A stretch of DNA of 63,440 bases, counting the filler, from Rhabdomonas costata (taxonomy: Eukaryota), in NCBI GenBank assembly GCA_019059605.1. It is 49 parts of 49 records of this genome, joined end to end, with 100 filler letters (N's around TTAATTAATTAA, not from the genome) between each part and the next. Parts side by side here need not be neighbours in the genome. Positions count along the whole stretch, not along the records: positions 1 to 1,197 come from JAHMHO010024001.1; positions 1,298 to 2,494 come from JAHMHO010024002.1; positions 2,595 to 3,791 come from JAHMHO010024003.1; positions 3,892 to 5,088 come from JAHMHO010024004.1; positions 5,189 to 6,386 come from JAHMHO010024005.1; positions 6,487 to 7,683 come from JAHMHO010024006.1; positions 7,784 to 8,980 come from JAHMHO010024007.1; positions 9,081 to 10,277 come from JAHMHO010024008.1; 41 more parts are not named here. One strand, 5' to 3'. A model generated the notes under the pieces. It was not told the DNA's origin. It saw only the letters and a program-made list of their open reading frames with translations, and searched no databases. This document shows, one piece after another, positions 1 through 13,350 of the stretch; positions within the stretch are counted from its first letter, which is position 1, and each line of letters opens with the position of its first letter. The translations under genes were made by a program, and so were the position numbers.

Positions 1-1086
1 GGGTGTCACAGAGGACGCGGCAGAAGCGGTCCTCGGGGCTGAGCAAGACGACGTCATCGTCAAACGCCATCTGCATAAAAAATGGGGGAGAACGGGAATT
101 GTTCGCCAATGCGTTGATTGATGCTCTGCACGTTGGCGGGGGGGGGGTGATTACATAGAGCGCTACACCCTCCCCCTCCCCCCAATGGACTGCTAATTTC
201 GCTGATACATCAAGAGAGCATTGGACCGGAAGCGCACACTCACACCCAGAACTCCACGAACTCCACCGCCACGCGCCAAACGACGCCCAAACACAAAGCA
301 CAAAGCATTTCTTTTGCTAAAAAAAACATAACCTTAAAAATCCTTTTCCACGGCACCTGTCTTTGGGTAAGTGCTGGGTCCTCTTTCCCACGAAGGGACT
401 CAATGGGGCTTAAGATGCATGGCTTCTTCTGGTACGCTCCCTACATACCACACTCTCCAGCTCCTCTGGTGGCGGAAGCACGGCGACGAGTTTCCGCAGC
501 GAGTCCAGGGCCAGAATCTTGTCGTCCAAAGCCAGAACTCCCTGCGAGGGGCATGAAGGAGGCTTACACCTGCTCCTAAAACAACGCCTACACAACGCAA
601 CAGGGTAGAGAGTTTCGCACTGTTATGTCTCGTTTTAAATCGTTTAAAATAAAACTTAAAGGGCATTCACAGTAGGGTGTAATGCCCCCAAACACTTTTG
701 GGCCAACGCAGAAGCTATTTGCAGCGAGGGCAAGGTTTTGGCCACTCGTTCGGCATCCAAGAAGAGCCGATCGTGGCAGTCTACACTGAATGCCTACATA
801 TTCATTGGTAAACGACCCGGAAGACAACCCTCTTCCGCTCAAACAGCTCAGCTGATGCGTTCAAGAACATTGACAGAAACGCTCGCCTGCTACCGAATTG
901 CTCTTTTTTCTAATCCGCCACCGACCTCGCGGATAGCTTCGTTGGAGAGCTTCAGGGCGCGCAGGACAATCGCGATGTTCTGTTTCCGCTGCCCATCCAG
1001 GATCGTCACCGAGCCCGGGGCTCGCGAAGCACCGGGGGGCCCGCCAGCTGAGGCGTCACTCGAGATACCCTCAGAGGCCCCCGAGT
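1..1086 (-). CDS. Formin FH2 domain, partial (3 exons)
   Basis: Exons ~1086-926, 541-449 and 70-1 have GT..AG introns and compatible phases. They splice to VTILDGQRKQNIAIVLRALKLSNEAIRE|GVLALDDKILALDSLRKLVAVLPPPEELESV|MAFDDDVVLLSPEDRFCRVLCD, matching the FH2 pattern LDxKRxxNIxIxL...IL.LD...LP..EE...L...E.F. Confidence 0.85.
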
Positions 1087-1112
1087 CTGTTTTAGCGTGA
1101 CGGGGAGGGGGA

Positions 1113-1189
1113 TGTCACAAACTATTATGCACGAAGAAAACCCGTGCAATCTGCCCTCGGTGTGACTTCGTGCATAATAGTTTGTGACA
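1113..1189. repeat. Perfect 24-bp inverted repeat at contig end (likely fold-back artefact)
   Basis: 1113-1136 tgtcacaaactattatgcacgaag is the reverse complement of 1166-1189. Confidence 0.85.
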
Positions 1190-1197
1190 CCCCCCCC

Positions 1198-1297
1198 NNN
1201 NNNNNNNNNNNNNNNNNNNNNNNNNNNNNNNNNNNNNNNNNTTAATTAATTAANNNNNNNNNNNNNNNNNNNNNNNNNNNNNNNNNNNNNNNNNNNN
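1198..1297. other. Artificial contig linker (44 N + TTAATTAATTAA + 44 N); first of 48, recurring about every 1.3 kb up to 62145-62244
   Basis: An identical palindromic 12-mer with stops in all six frames is flanked by N runs. It separates 49 contigs of near-identical length, consistent with size-sorted unplaced contigs. Confidence 0.98.
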
Positions 1298-2826
1298 TGG
1301 TTTGGGGACAAAGTGAGAAAGTGTCGAGTGGGACAGGATTAGTTTGGAGGCATCACCCACCGCGCCGCGGACTGGCCTTCACAAAAAATCTTGATCCATT
1401 TGTCTCCCAAGCAACGACAATTCCAAAACCGTACAAGCCAAAAGCGTTTAGCAGTGCCAAACGCTTAACGCGCCCTTTCCCCAAATAATCCCACTAATTG
1501 TCTCGAGCCCAGCGCCAGGGCGCCTCCCCAACCCCCAAGAATGTAATTGTCCCCTTCTGAGAGCACGAGAGGATGGTATCACCAACGTCCCCAAGGTACT
1601 TAGGCTCGAATAAAGCATTCATGCAAACGGCAACAGCAGGAGGCTAAAAAGAAGTTGAACAATACCTGTCACCCCGACGGATTTCAAAGTAATGCGGGTA
1701 TGTCTCGAAGCACCCTGAATCGCACCCTTTCCGTCTTCCCTTGCTTTTGCCAGCATCATGAATCGCGTTTTTTGTTCAGCGTGGAATCGGAGCAGGTCAC
1801 TCCCCAGACAAAGTACAGATTCGGGACACTGTCATCACAGATGCACTCATGCACAAAGGTTTACACATGCTCATACAATGCAGAATTGTTCAATGACCCA
1901 CCTCGAAACCGCGCCGATGACAGCAGGGATACCGGCAGCAAAGTGCACCTCAAATAGAACCCTCGCCACTTGTTGAATGGGATGCGGCGTCTGTTTCCCG
2001 CCTTGGTGGCAGCTCAGCTTGAGTCGGTCGCGCTGTGCTCGTCGGTGGAAGAAGAGGTGGAGGAGGTAGTGTAGGAACGCTCCGAGGCAGAGCGCTGCAC
2101 TGACCTCCGTGAGGAATGCCCTGCGCATATAGAAGCAGGGAATAAAACCAGGCACCGATGATCACTCGATCACATCACAACCGATAACTTAATCAACTAA
2201 GTAATTTTTTTTAACAAAATCGCTCACTAAAGGTGTACAGCAAGATGTCTCTGAAAAGTTTCCCCATCAAACTTCTTGCTTGACTCGGATGGCTTGAAGA
2301 CGGATGTAGTTTTTGCACATGCGTCGTAGGTGCAATCGATGAACTGTGCGCTGAGCTGGGCAACGCAGCGGCGCAAAAGAAAGAGCCGCTAAGGGGCACG
2401 GGAGGTACCGGGAGGGTCTCTTAAACTTTATACCGCGACTCGTTCGACGTTCTCTTCTGACAAGACAGAAAGCCCACAAAATAAGTCCACCACANNNNNN
2501 NNNNNNNNNNNNNNNNNNNNNNNNNNNNNNNNNNNNNNTTAATTAATTAANNNNNNNNNNNNNNNNNNNNNNNNNNNNNNNNNNNNNNNNNNNNGGGTTG
2601 GGTAAGCCAGTGCCCCCTGGATGATGGCTTTTTTAGTTTATTTTCTGTAAATAGGAGTAGCGAAGAGGCGGTTGTGGGGGTGCGGAGTGACTGAGGAATG
2701 ATTGCAGTTGCGAGTTGTGTTGGAGCTGCAAAGCGATATCATCTATGATGGATCATTTTTTCACAGTTTCATTTCCTCCGTATCCCCGAACCCCTGCGCC
2801 CGTGAGTGTGTTTCTAGGTTGTTTAG

Positions 2827-3639
2827 GATGCAGACGGGCTGTTTCCTGCTGCTGCTGCTCAGGTGGTTCGACTTCTTTGCCAAGCACTTTGCGCCTGCCT
2901 TGGGGCTTCCATCAATCCCGGCTGGGGTATGCTTCCCTTTTTCTTCTCTTATTCCCTTTGCGATCAATGACTTTATTGCAGGTAGCAAGGATGAGCGTTT
3001 CTTCACAGAAACAAACAGGGGGAATGGGACAATGGCTCAGGGATGGTGTCACCTCAAATTGGGTCGAATGTCGTGCAGCATTTTGGATGGTTTTAATGAC
3101 ACGGCTGTTTTTTCCCCTTGTGAGACAATGTGCACGTGGATTTTTTTACAAACTGGTGGTGGACACAAATTTTATTGGGCTGGTAAATGCTTGGCTTTTG
3201 TGAACTTTGCTCTGCAGGGGCGTTCTGGTTTGATCTTCTGTGTGCGCTGCTTTACCCGGGCTTGCTGAGCGCTGCCGTGCACCTCAGGGTGAAGCGCTAC
3301 TTGTGCTGATCTGGGTTCCTTTGTACGAATTTTTCTCGTGGCTGTTGTGGTTCTTCGTTCTTGTTCTTCCACAACACCAGTTGATGGAATGATTGGCCCC
3401 GTGGCCCAACATAAGGAAGGAAACCCCAAATAGCTTCATTCCGGAAACTTATCGCATATTTATTTGAAGGATCGCCGTCCTTGTTTCTTTTGATGGAGAA
3501 TGCCGCCCTTGCACCCACTGAAAAACCTTCCAGAATAGTTTTGTCTCCAAAATTGCCCCGACTTGTATTCTGTTCCAAATTCCAAGAACCTTCCGCCTGT
3601 GATAGGCCCACGCAGGATCGTCGATGGTGCGCTGCACTC
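2827..3639 (+). CDS. Hypothetical protein, partial (3 putative exons)
   Basis: AG/GT-bounded, phase-compatible exons 2827-2926, 3218-3288 and 3616-3639 give DADGLFPAAAAQVVRLLCQALCACLGASINPGW|GAFWFDLLCALLYPGLLSAAVHLR|DRRWCAAL. No family recognised. Confidence 0.35.
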
Positions 3640-4513
3640 GTGCGAAACGTCTTTTAACTCCATTTGACCCCCTCTAGGTCGATTTGATCCCCCAATCAGC
3701 GCCAGATTAGAACCAAACGCCCCACAACCAAGATCTGCGTACCAAAATTCGACACACCCGCACACACGCAGACAGTAGTTAGCGCCCGACCNNNNNNNNN
3801 NNNNNNNNNNNNNNNNNNNNNNNNNNNNNNNNNNNTTAATTAATTAANNNNNNNNNNNNNNNNNNNNNNNNNNNNNNNNNNNNNNNNNNNNAAAAGTCAA
3901 AGGAGCCGGAAAATTGCTCGCTATGGCCAGAGTCCATGTCCCCCGTACTGGTTCCGTGTTCGATGCACAAGCATACCGCTTCCATACCGCCGAGTGGACG
4001 GGATGGATCCCACCCGGCAAAATTTGGGTACCGTTTAAGCACCCATATAGCTCCTCCATTCGGCTGTCCAAATATCCAAGTTGCAAGTACTCTAATTGCC
4101 CTCTCGCGAATAAAGAACCCGCGAACGTTCACGCTCACTTTCATTGCACCCTTACGTAACCTCCTACTGGTGAGGTGCTGTCCTGATAAGCTACGATCAA
4201 AACTCAACCAGGGGTTAACTTGGCATCGTGTCTGGACTGGAACCCGAACGAACGAAAGGCTGCGTGGCAATGGTGGTCACAAACGTTGCTGCTTTCCTCA
4301 CCTGTGACGCGGGAGCTTGCGCGTAAGATAAACAATCCATAATGTCCAACCCAATGGAAGGGTGGAGGCTGGTGAATGGTGGCGCCCATTGTACCACGGG
4401 TGCACGGTAATTTTCTCCGCCAGAAAGTTCTTCATTTTCGATGAGCAGTTTTGCGGTTTGGTTGTGTGTGTGCTGGACGGGAACACCACCACCGTGAAAG
4501 GTTGCCCCGGTAG

Positions 4514-4677
4514 TGGCCACGGCGGAGGAGTGGGTGGCCGAGTTTTCCAGCTTTGTGACTCAGCCCTTCAGCCCAGCCAAGCTTGCCGAGACGCGGCTGC
4601 AGCTGGGAGTGGAGTTTGCCCGGGCACACATTGCACAGCACCCCCCAGAGGAGCTCCGGAGGTTCCTGCGATACAAG
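4514..4677 (+). CDS. Hypothetical protein exon
   Basis: TAG|...|GTCGGC-bounded, GC3-rich open exon: ATAEEWVAEFSSFVTQPFSPAKLAETRLQLGVEFARAHIAQHPPEELRRFLRYK. Confidence 0.4.
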
Positions 4678-5488
4678 GTCGGCGCTTCCTTCTTTCTGGC
4701 TCACGATGCTGCAACGCAAGCAAGAGCAGCTTTCTTACATGAAGCCTTCTCTTCCGCCCTCAACGTGTCCCCCCCCCCAAAAAAAATAGAGAAAAGCAGT
4801 GTATTTGCATCTGCTAGAAAAGAAAATCGACCTTTATTCATTGAAACAAAAATTTGCTTCTTCTTGCTTGTGTGCCATAAGTTTGAACACTTTGAAAATT
4901 GTGATCTGTGAGAAGCTGAGTACTTCTTTTCAAAATACACTACCCCTCCCCTCAATTTTATTCTAAGAAGTATGATCGCTGCGGCCTCTCATTTAGTAGG
5001 TGTCGTTGGTCAGGTTTGCACCCCTCCCCCTCATCGTTCCACTCTGTTTTCGCCCAACAGGGGCTCTCCGAGAGGGAGACCACGCTTTNNNNNNNNNNNN
5101 NNNNNNNNNNNNNNNNNNNNNNNNNNNNNNNNTTAATTAATTAANNNNNNNNNNNNNNNNNNNNNNNNNNNNNNNNNNNNNNNNNNNNCAAGACCTCCAG
5201 GACACCACCTCCAAGCGGAACCTTCAAAAGAATAGGCGTTTGAAACGAGCAACCAGCAGAAGCCACAGCAAGAGAAGTCCAGCCAAAACGCCCAATGTAC
5301 GCAAGAGCCCCCGCCTCCTCTACGCCGTTGCCCCGCACAACTACTGCCGCAAAGCACAGGAGACCGGGGTGAGGGTGAGGTCCTTTTTTTTTGTGTCACA
5401 ATCTCTTCTTACTTTTGGATTTCATACTTGTCTCAGTCCAACAATAGTACCCAAAACACGGTACGGTGCAAAAAGGGAGGTCACAAAC

Positions 5489-6036
5489 TTTCAGCAGGTC
5501 ACTCGCGGTGGGCCGAGCAGAGGGGCTGCGCTGCAGGCAGTGGTCTAGGAAGTCGCACGCCTGGGCCGACAGCAGATCCCCCGGAATGTTGGGCCTGAGG
5601 TAAGGCATCCCCCATTCCCATTGCATATCCAAATGAAAACGACGCCTCCCCAAAAAACACAAAAAAGTTATCCTTCAATTTTGATGAATGGATACACCTG
5701 GGGGCACCCACCTCTCATAATGCAACGATACATTTATGGAAAATTTGATTTGCGCAAATGGCAACCCACGCTGATATAGCGGGGCTCCACTTCATCCCGT
5801 CCTATGTCGCCCTGCTGAGCCCCATGACGTTCACTTGCGCGAGTTAAATTTTCGTGTCGTTTTTCCTTTGCAATACTCGCTGACTTTTTAATTTGTGGGG
5901 CAAGCCTCTTCTCGAATGAGGAAAGAGCGGTGGGGGCGGTGCCTTTTGTTGGAGGTGGCGATGTGGTAAATCGCGTTGATGCCCGCGAAGGAGGAATCCA
6001 GCGTGCGAGACCACGGCGAGGCGGCCAGCACCATCT
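5489..6036 (-). CDS. Ser/Thr protein kinase, STE11/MAP3K-like, C-lobe (subdomains IX-XI), partial (2 exons)
   Basis: Exons 6036-5943 and 5594-5489 give EMVLAASPWSRTLDSSFAGINAIYHIATSNKR|PNIPGDLLSAQACDFLDHCLQRSPSARPTASDLLK, matching the MAP3K pattern EM..G.PPW....A.+HIA....P.IP..LS..A.DFL..C.Q..P..RP+A..LL. The intervening intron reads GC..AG. Confidence 0.85.
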
Positions 6037-7495
6037 CTGCGAACAAAAACGGGGGGCACACTACCCAAGGGCTTCCCCCTCAACGCCGAACCACAGTTTA
6101 AAGCTACTCCTACTCAGGTTCACATGTAACCTCACCGACTTTTTCAACAGGAAAACAACAAACAAAAGATTGGTAGCCTGCGGCAAGTTTCCGTGACTTT
6201 TTGAAACTAATGTTATCTGACCCCTTACAGCCGAACTTCGGCAAACAGACTGCTTAAAGCCATTCTGACGATCGAAGGTGGGCAGTCCGCTGGATGTCCT
6301 CCAGTCAGCCTTTTTCGTCCTCGACTTCCCGTTGTCCTGTCAATGGGTCAAAAACCGAGATTACAACAAAAACCGCAATGTGTATGNNNNNNNNNNNNNN
6401 NNNNNNNNNNNNNNNNNNNNNNNNNNNNNNTTAATTAATTAANNNNNNNNNNNNNNNNNNNNNNNNNNNNNNNNNNNNNNNNNNNNGGGTTGTGGTACAC
6501 TGGGAGCGATCGTCGATAAGTTGTGGAGCACGGAAGTAGCATCACGGAACTTTCAAGAAACCTTTCAAGTCAGCTTTCAGGTCGCCCTTAGTTTCGCTCC
6601 TTCCGGTTCCTTGGGATTTCTGTTTCTCTTTCCCTCTCTCCCTGCATCTGACTCAGAAACCCGTTTTCCCGGGATCGTTTACCCCATAGCCGCAAGTCCA
6701 CTAAAGGCCTACATATATCCACCAATGCAATATTTCACCGCGAACGTTGCGCAGCAATTTCTGGAATCGGACGGCTTTCCTCTATCCAGTGAGGGTATTT
6801 TTCGAGGTCGAGGTGCAACCATCAATGGCATGTGGTTTCATCAACCCTCGTTTTCCCCTTTCCCAAAGCTTTCTCCAATTTAAAATTTTTCGAACGATTT
6901 GCTCACTGAATTCGTCCCTGCCCCTCCCACTCCTCTCCAGCCCAACGGGTGGGTGTGGAGCTAGACATTGGAAAAGTGCCGCATACTTGTGTGCAATTGG
7001 TGGCATGTGGTACGTGTTTTGAGTTAAGTAACATAGATATTGAATCAGAGTGTGATCCTTCTGGTGGGGCGCGTGAAGCTGCACTTGTCTTGTCTTGTAG
7101 TTTACATTTTCCTTCGAACTCACAAGACCGCGGTGTACCAGCCAAAAAAATCATCATCTGCAATGGCATTGCCATTAGCTGCACAACGAAAGACTCACTT
7201 TGGCTTGTTTCCCCATGGCTGATCTAAATTTCTTCCCCATGGTTCAGGATCATTTTTAAAGCCCATCTTGCTATTTTTCTCCCCAATCGTCACACCTTAA
7301 CTCAAAACAATAGGAACCCTCTCCTGCAACCTCACTCACCTCGTATAGGCGCTCCAAATGAACGTAACAGAGGAAGGCTCCAAAATGCACCAGCATCCGC
7401 GAGACCTCCAGATAGCTCTTGTCTGGTGACTGGTCGGACATTTTAACAACGTCGTTTTGGATGAGGGGCAAGGCGGGGTATTTTATTCTGTGCAG

Positions 7496-7654
7496 ACCAT
7501 CTACGGGTTGCTTTACAACTGCCTGTTCTTCCTGGGGGCCACGGGGCTGTCCACGGTGCCGACGGCCTTCTCCGGCCGCAAGATCCTCTACCGCCACCTC
7601 GATGCCGCGTTCTTTCCTGCCTCGGCGTACCCCCTGGCCTTCTTTGTCGTCCAG
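7496..7654 (+). CDS. ABCG/PDR-family ABC transporter, membrane-domain exon
   Basis: CAG|...|GTGTGC exon of 53 codons: TIYGLLYNCLFFLGATGLSTVPTAFSGRKILYRHLDAAFFPASAYPLAFFVVQ. It resembles the ABC2-membrane motif G.LF...LF......+P..F..R.+.YK.....F+P..AY.LA..+V. Confidence 0.8.
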
Positions 7655-7800
7655 GTGTGCTCCTACTCCTTTGACCCAACAAANNNNNNNNNNNNNNNNN
7701 NNNNNNNNNNNNNNNNNNNNNNNNNNNTTAATTAATTAANNNNNNNNNNNNNNNNNNNNNNNNNNNNNNNNNNNNNNNNNNNNGTGGTTGTCTTGTGCAG

Positions 7801-8514
7801 GGTACTGCTGAGCGACGGTGAGGAAATGGCGTGGCTGCGCTCGGTAATTCTGCCCCTGAAGGACGGCCAGCTAGCGTTGATGGTCGACCGCAGCGTGTGT
7901 GCCGATCTCAGGGCAAAGGTGCGGTGCGGGTGCGCCCTTCCCTTTAGAACGTCTTGCAAAGGGATCATGCGCGAACTGGATTGGCATCATGACTGACTGC
8001 AGTGATAAAAACGACAGGAAGGCCAAGAACACAATCCCAAATGTACTCAGCACTACGTACCTCAGTGATTTTCTCAGAACTCTGTATCTGGTATGTGCTG
8101 GTTTTGCCATCTCAGATGGAAAGGGCTGAACAAGACCACCGGCGAGAGGTTGATGACCTACAGGCCGAGCTAGGAGTTGTCAAAGCTGCTAAGCTGAAGC
8201 TTGAGAACGAGGTTGTCTTTTTAACCCACTCATTTCTTTCAGGGCCTGTGTTCCCTGTTTAACGCAGTGGCGCATGGGGTAAAAGGCCAATTCTCAATCA
8301 GCGGCAAGCATTGAGAACCTCTTAGGGAGGTTTTTGCTATGCAGATACAGACTGATGCACAAGTTTGAGTCGACACATGCGGCGAATGCAGTTCTCGTTT
8401 CCCGGGGGGTCAGAGGCTGCGCTCGCTTTCGTGCTTGGTTTGTGTTTTTTTTTTGCAAAGCTAGGGGAAATTCGACAAGACCAAAAGCGCCAGGCCACCG
8501 TCTTGCCCGAGCAG
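7801..8514 (+). CDS. Coiled-coil protein, partial (3 exons)
   Basis: Phase-compatible GT-AG exons 7801-7918, 8116-8211 and 8461-8514 give ...VCADLRAK|MERAEQDHRREVDDLQAELGVVKAAKLKLENE|LGEIRQDQKRQATVLPEQ, with heptad-like composition. Confidence 0.55.
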
Positions 8515-9080
8515 GTCAAGGCCTTGGAGAAGAACATGGTTTGACCTTCATGCTCATTTGTAACCGAAACCATTTCTTTTTCAGAGGAGCGGGGGTCTCC
8601 CACGACACACGCAAAATCAAAAACAGCTCTTTCCTTTTCTTAATTATCGTGGAGGGACATGCCGTATCCCCCCCAAAGACGTCCACCCCCTAAAGATTTG
8701 ACGGGTTGGCGGCGGCGAACCCATATAATCAATTTGTCGCGTGAGTATTTCATGACTGGAAGGCGTTGGCTTCTTTCCCTCGGATGCTGCTGCGTAATGA
8801 AAGGCAGAGCTTTGCCTCCAAAGGGAAAGCCTCGCGTGGCCCTGCCCGTACAGTCACACATGCTTGTCTTTACCTATGTTCGCTGCGTGTTGAACAATAG
8901 CTTTCACTTTAAACGGATGCACATCCCATTAGTGGAAGCTATTGTTCAACACGCAGCGAACATAGGTAAACACAACCACCNNNNNNNNNNNNNNNNNNNN
9001 NNNNNNNNNNNNNNNNNNNNNNNNTTAATTAATTAANNNNNNNNNNNNNNNNNNNNNNNNNNNNNNNNNNNNNNNNNNNN

Positions 9081-10133
<1,053 letters not shown>

Positions 10134-10380
10134 GCATGCGGCTTCGGCTTCGGCTTTCGTGTGCGTCTGCATCCCCATCACTGCTTTTTCACTGCCGGAA
10201 ACGGTTATTCTCCATGCTTACAAAAACAACATTTACAGTATCGCCTGCAAACAGCTATAACAAAATGAGCAGAAGCTNNNNNNNNNNNNNNNNNNNNNNN
10301 NNNNNNNNNNNNNNNNNNNNNTTAATTAATTAANNNNNNNNNNNNNNNNNNNNNNNNNNNNNNNNNNNNNNNNNNNNTTT

Positions 10381-10575
10381 GTGGTGTTGCAATCCACGGG
10401 GATCCCCAATAATGCGCTCAAGGGTGTTTTTGAAAAGTTCATCAACAGAACCAAGGCCTTGGGAAAGACACCTGACGGGCATCCTCGCATCACGTGGGTT
10501 ACGCGGCATATCCCGAACCTCGCCCTTGCGAGCAATGAGAATCGTGCAGTCGACCCATGGAGTGCCTTTAGCTTC
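10381..10575 (+). CDS. Hypothetical protein exon
   Basis: Open frame from the contig start to a consensus donor TTC|GTAAGT: STGIPNNALKGVFEKFINRTKALGKTPDGHPRITWVTRHIPNLALASNENRAVDPWSAFSF. Confidence 0.45.
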
Positions 10576-12565
10576 GTAAGTGTCTAGCCGTCATTCGAAG
10601 AGTGGTGGACAAGGTGGCCCACCACCACCGCTAACGTTCAACGTTCAACCTCGGTGATGGCGGGAAGTTAAGCAAAAACTGTCGACCTCCGCATTTCCTG
10701 GATTTGTACCGCTACATTTCATTCTCAGCTCCCAAAGCCGAAGCTGCGCCAGCAGCTGCAACGCGTTGTCTGTCAATTTAGGTGAAAGGTCAGCGCATGC
10801 AAAGATCAACGGCCAACGTCAGCACATAAAAAGTGCATACTCGACCAAAAACAGATGAAAGCAAGGAATGCAACACGTAACCCAGAAAACCATATTAAAA
10901 CAGGACAAACCACTACTACTCTTTTCTCGCTTCGCGTCCGCCTATGAACGGAACGAAAGACTAACCACCACAGAATAAACACGTGTGTGGTGAAGGAGAA
11001 AGGCGAAGGTAACACACCGAGCTAGAGGGAGCTGGCCTGCGCCACTTTTGACCTTCGGATGCCGCAGGGTATAGCCGGTCCACCCATGCCTCCGGATTGA
11101 CCCCCCGTGACTGTTCGATGAAGACAAAATCGTCCGACTCTCACATCACAACAGTAGGGAAGAAAACGCAGAAGCATGAACAGAATGCCAAGGAGCGTAC
11201 GAAACGTACAAAACATGGCTCGCATACAGCACGCATTACGTGACGACGAACCAAAATAGGCGTACCGTAGCGAGAAACAAAACTTCAACCACGGCAAGAA
11301 AAACCACAAACGCACACAAACGCTCACACCTAATAATACAAGCAAACAACTTAAAGTCAAAACCACAGCCATGAATATCGCCATTGCAAACCCACGACCA
11401 TAACAACGGGGCAGGACGGAATCAGAGAAGACGCACTGAGCAGCAGAACAAAGAACTTGCTCAGAAGTGAACAAGGGAACAAAGGAATCCACCAGGAAAG
11501 GCGGGCGCGGCACAAACCGGGGGGCCGGGGAGCTTCTTCAGACCGTAAGCAGCCTCCATCGCCTCCAAAAAACCNNNNNNNNNNNNNNNNNNNNNNNNNN
11601 NNNNNNNNNNNNNNNNNNTTAATTAATTAANNNNNNNNNNNNNNNNNNNNNNNNNNNNNNNNNNNNNNNNNNNNGGGGGTTTTGCCCTGTTGTCAGCGGC
11701 ACGGTGAGTTAGGGGGGAAGAATTGGCACAGACTGTGCAATGCGTCTGTGTCCACTTGCACATTAGAGCCTGCAGGTCAACTGAATTGTCGTTTTGGAGT
11801 GTAACTGTGTGGAATGTTTTCTGAGGGGGGAAATGCTGGTTATCATGCGTTAAGTAGAAGCACTGCGTAACACAAGCCTTTTTAGAGTAGGTCTTTTCGG
11901 GTTTCAAACACAAAAAGTAATCGGAGGAAAAAGGCGGAACAAGGTGCAGAGGCTGGCATCAACCGACGTCGGGGAAAAAGTCCTAGAAACTTGGTTTAAA
12001 AAGTTTGGATATAATTGCACTTTCTGGTTGCTAAAAATTCTCCGTAAAATATTCCTTGAAGGTTATTGGTTTCGAAGGATGCCGCTTGCCTTGTTTGGGA
12101 GACAGAATCCGCTTTGCAACGTGGCTCTTTCCCAGGTCGGCCGACACGCTACTGGGGTTTAAAAAAGATCAACATGCATTTTACAATACTAAAGGTTAGA
12201 TTGCGCTGAGTTGACTTCAAGTCCGTGCCGAGGCGTGGGGCGTGGAGTCTTTAGTTGCCTCGTTTTCCTTTGGTGTATGCTTCCTCGGCACTACGCAGAA
12301 TTGGGGCGTGGCCGCGCTCCCTCGGGCGCTTTACGGCTCTGAAGTGCCCGAACACTGTCCGAACACTCAGCTATTACCTCTGTGGGCCCAAGGGAAGCGT
12401 GCAACATAGACACCGAGTAGGAGTTCGACCCGCGTGCGTGTTTTTTGGTGGATCTCTCGTCTTTGTCTTGCTCACGGCCTACAAATGCAGCTCGCCCTCA
12501 CTCCCTCCGCATGTACTCCCGCAAATGCTTTCTCTCGTTTCCCTTCTCTCCCACCCTCCTCCCCA

Positions 12566-12700
12566 CCTGTTCTGGCGCCCATTGCATCCCGCCCATTGCA
12601 TCCTGTGGTGCTGTCCTGTTGTGCTCCGTCTTACATGCGAATACCGACAGGACAGCACCACAGGATGCAATGGGCGGGATGCAATGGGCGCCAGAACAGG
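12566..12700. repeat. Perfect 54-bp inverted repeat with 27-nt loop, internal to contig
   Basis: 12566-12619 is the exact reverse complement of 12647-12700. Each arm carries a tandem duplication of cgcccattgcatcc. Confidence 0.9.
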
Positions 12701-13175
12701 AGACATGAACAGGAGCGTAGCGAGTGTGAATGTCGAGTGTGAACCGTTTAACCATGACTAACAAGAGTGAACATGAAACACGAACAGGAGCAACGCGAGT
12801 GTGAGAGTTGAATGTGAACCGGGAACAGGAGGAGCAACGCGACGAGTGTGACGACCCTGTGCCCAACCACANNNNNNNNNNNNNNNNNNNNNNNNNNNNN
12901 NNNNNNNNNNNNNNNTTAATTAATTAANNNNNNNNNNNNNNNNNNNNNNNNNNNNNNNNNNNNNNNNNNNNGGGGTTTGGTGAAAGTTTGCGGTCATCAG
13001 TCGGATTCGGGTGCATCAGGGAAAACTGAGCCTCCGCCACCCCAATGGACGAACCGTGTGTCATCTCAAAAACCACAATTACAGCGGAACTCAGGACCAT
13101 CAGCGGCCACCCCGCATATATCTTAGGGTGTGCCGTGAAACAGCCTGCATCCAAGGGCGGCGGAGTGGGCCGAAC

Positions 13176-13350
13176 CTTTTCGCGGGCCTCGAGTTGCTTC
13201 AGTATGTTTTTGGGCACGACACACGCCCAGCGGTCCTTCCAGAAGTGCAGCTCCCGGGCATGATCCTTGTACGCCTCAAAGCTGGCCTGCAGCTCCAAAA
13301 TCTTTGCCGATGGGATGCTGCTGGGAGGTGCCATGGAGGGGGCAGGCTGG
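13176..13350 (-). CDS. Exon resembling the segment just N-terminal to a RhoGEF DH domain
   Basis: TAG|...|GTTCGG exon ending RELHFWKDRWACVVPKNILKQLEAREK, similar to W...VPK.+L..L...E.KRQE that precedes DH domains. The DH domain itself is not in the contig. Confidence 0.35.

Noticed and set aside
12434..12866. The same peptides (VLAPIASRPLHPVVLSC, CSGAHCIPPIASCGAVL) in ORFs on both strands
   Set aside because: This is a direct consequence of the 54-bp inverted repeat and not evidence of coding.
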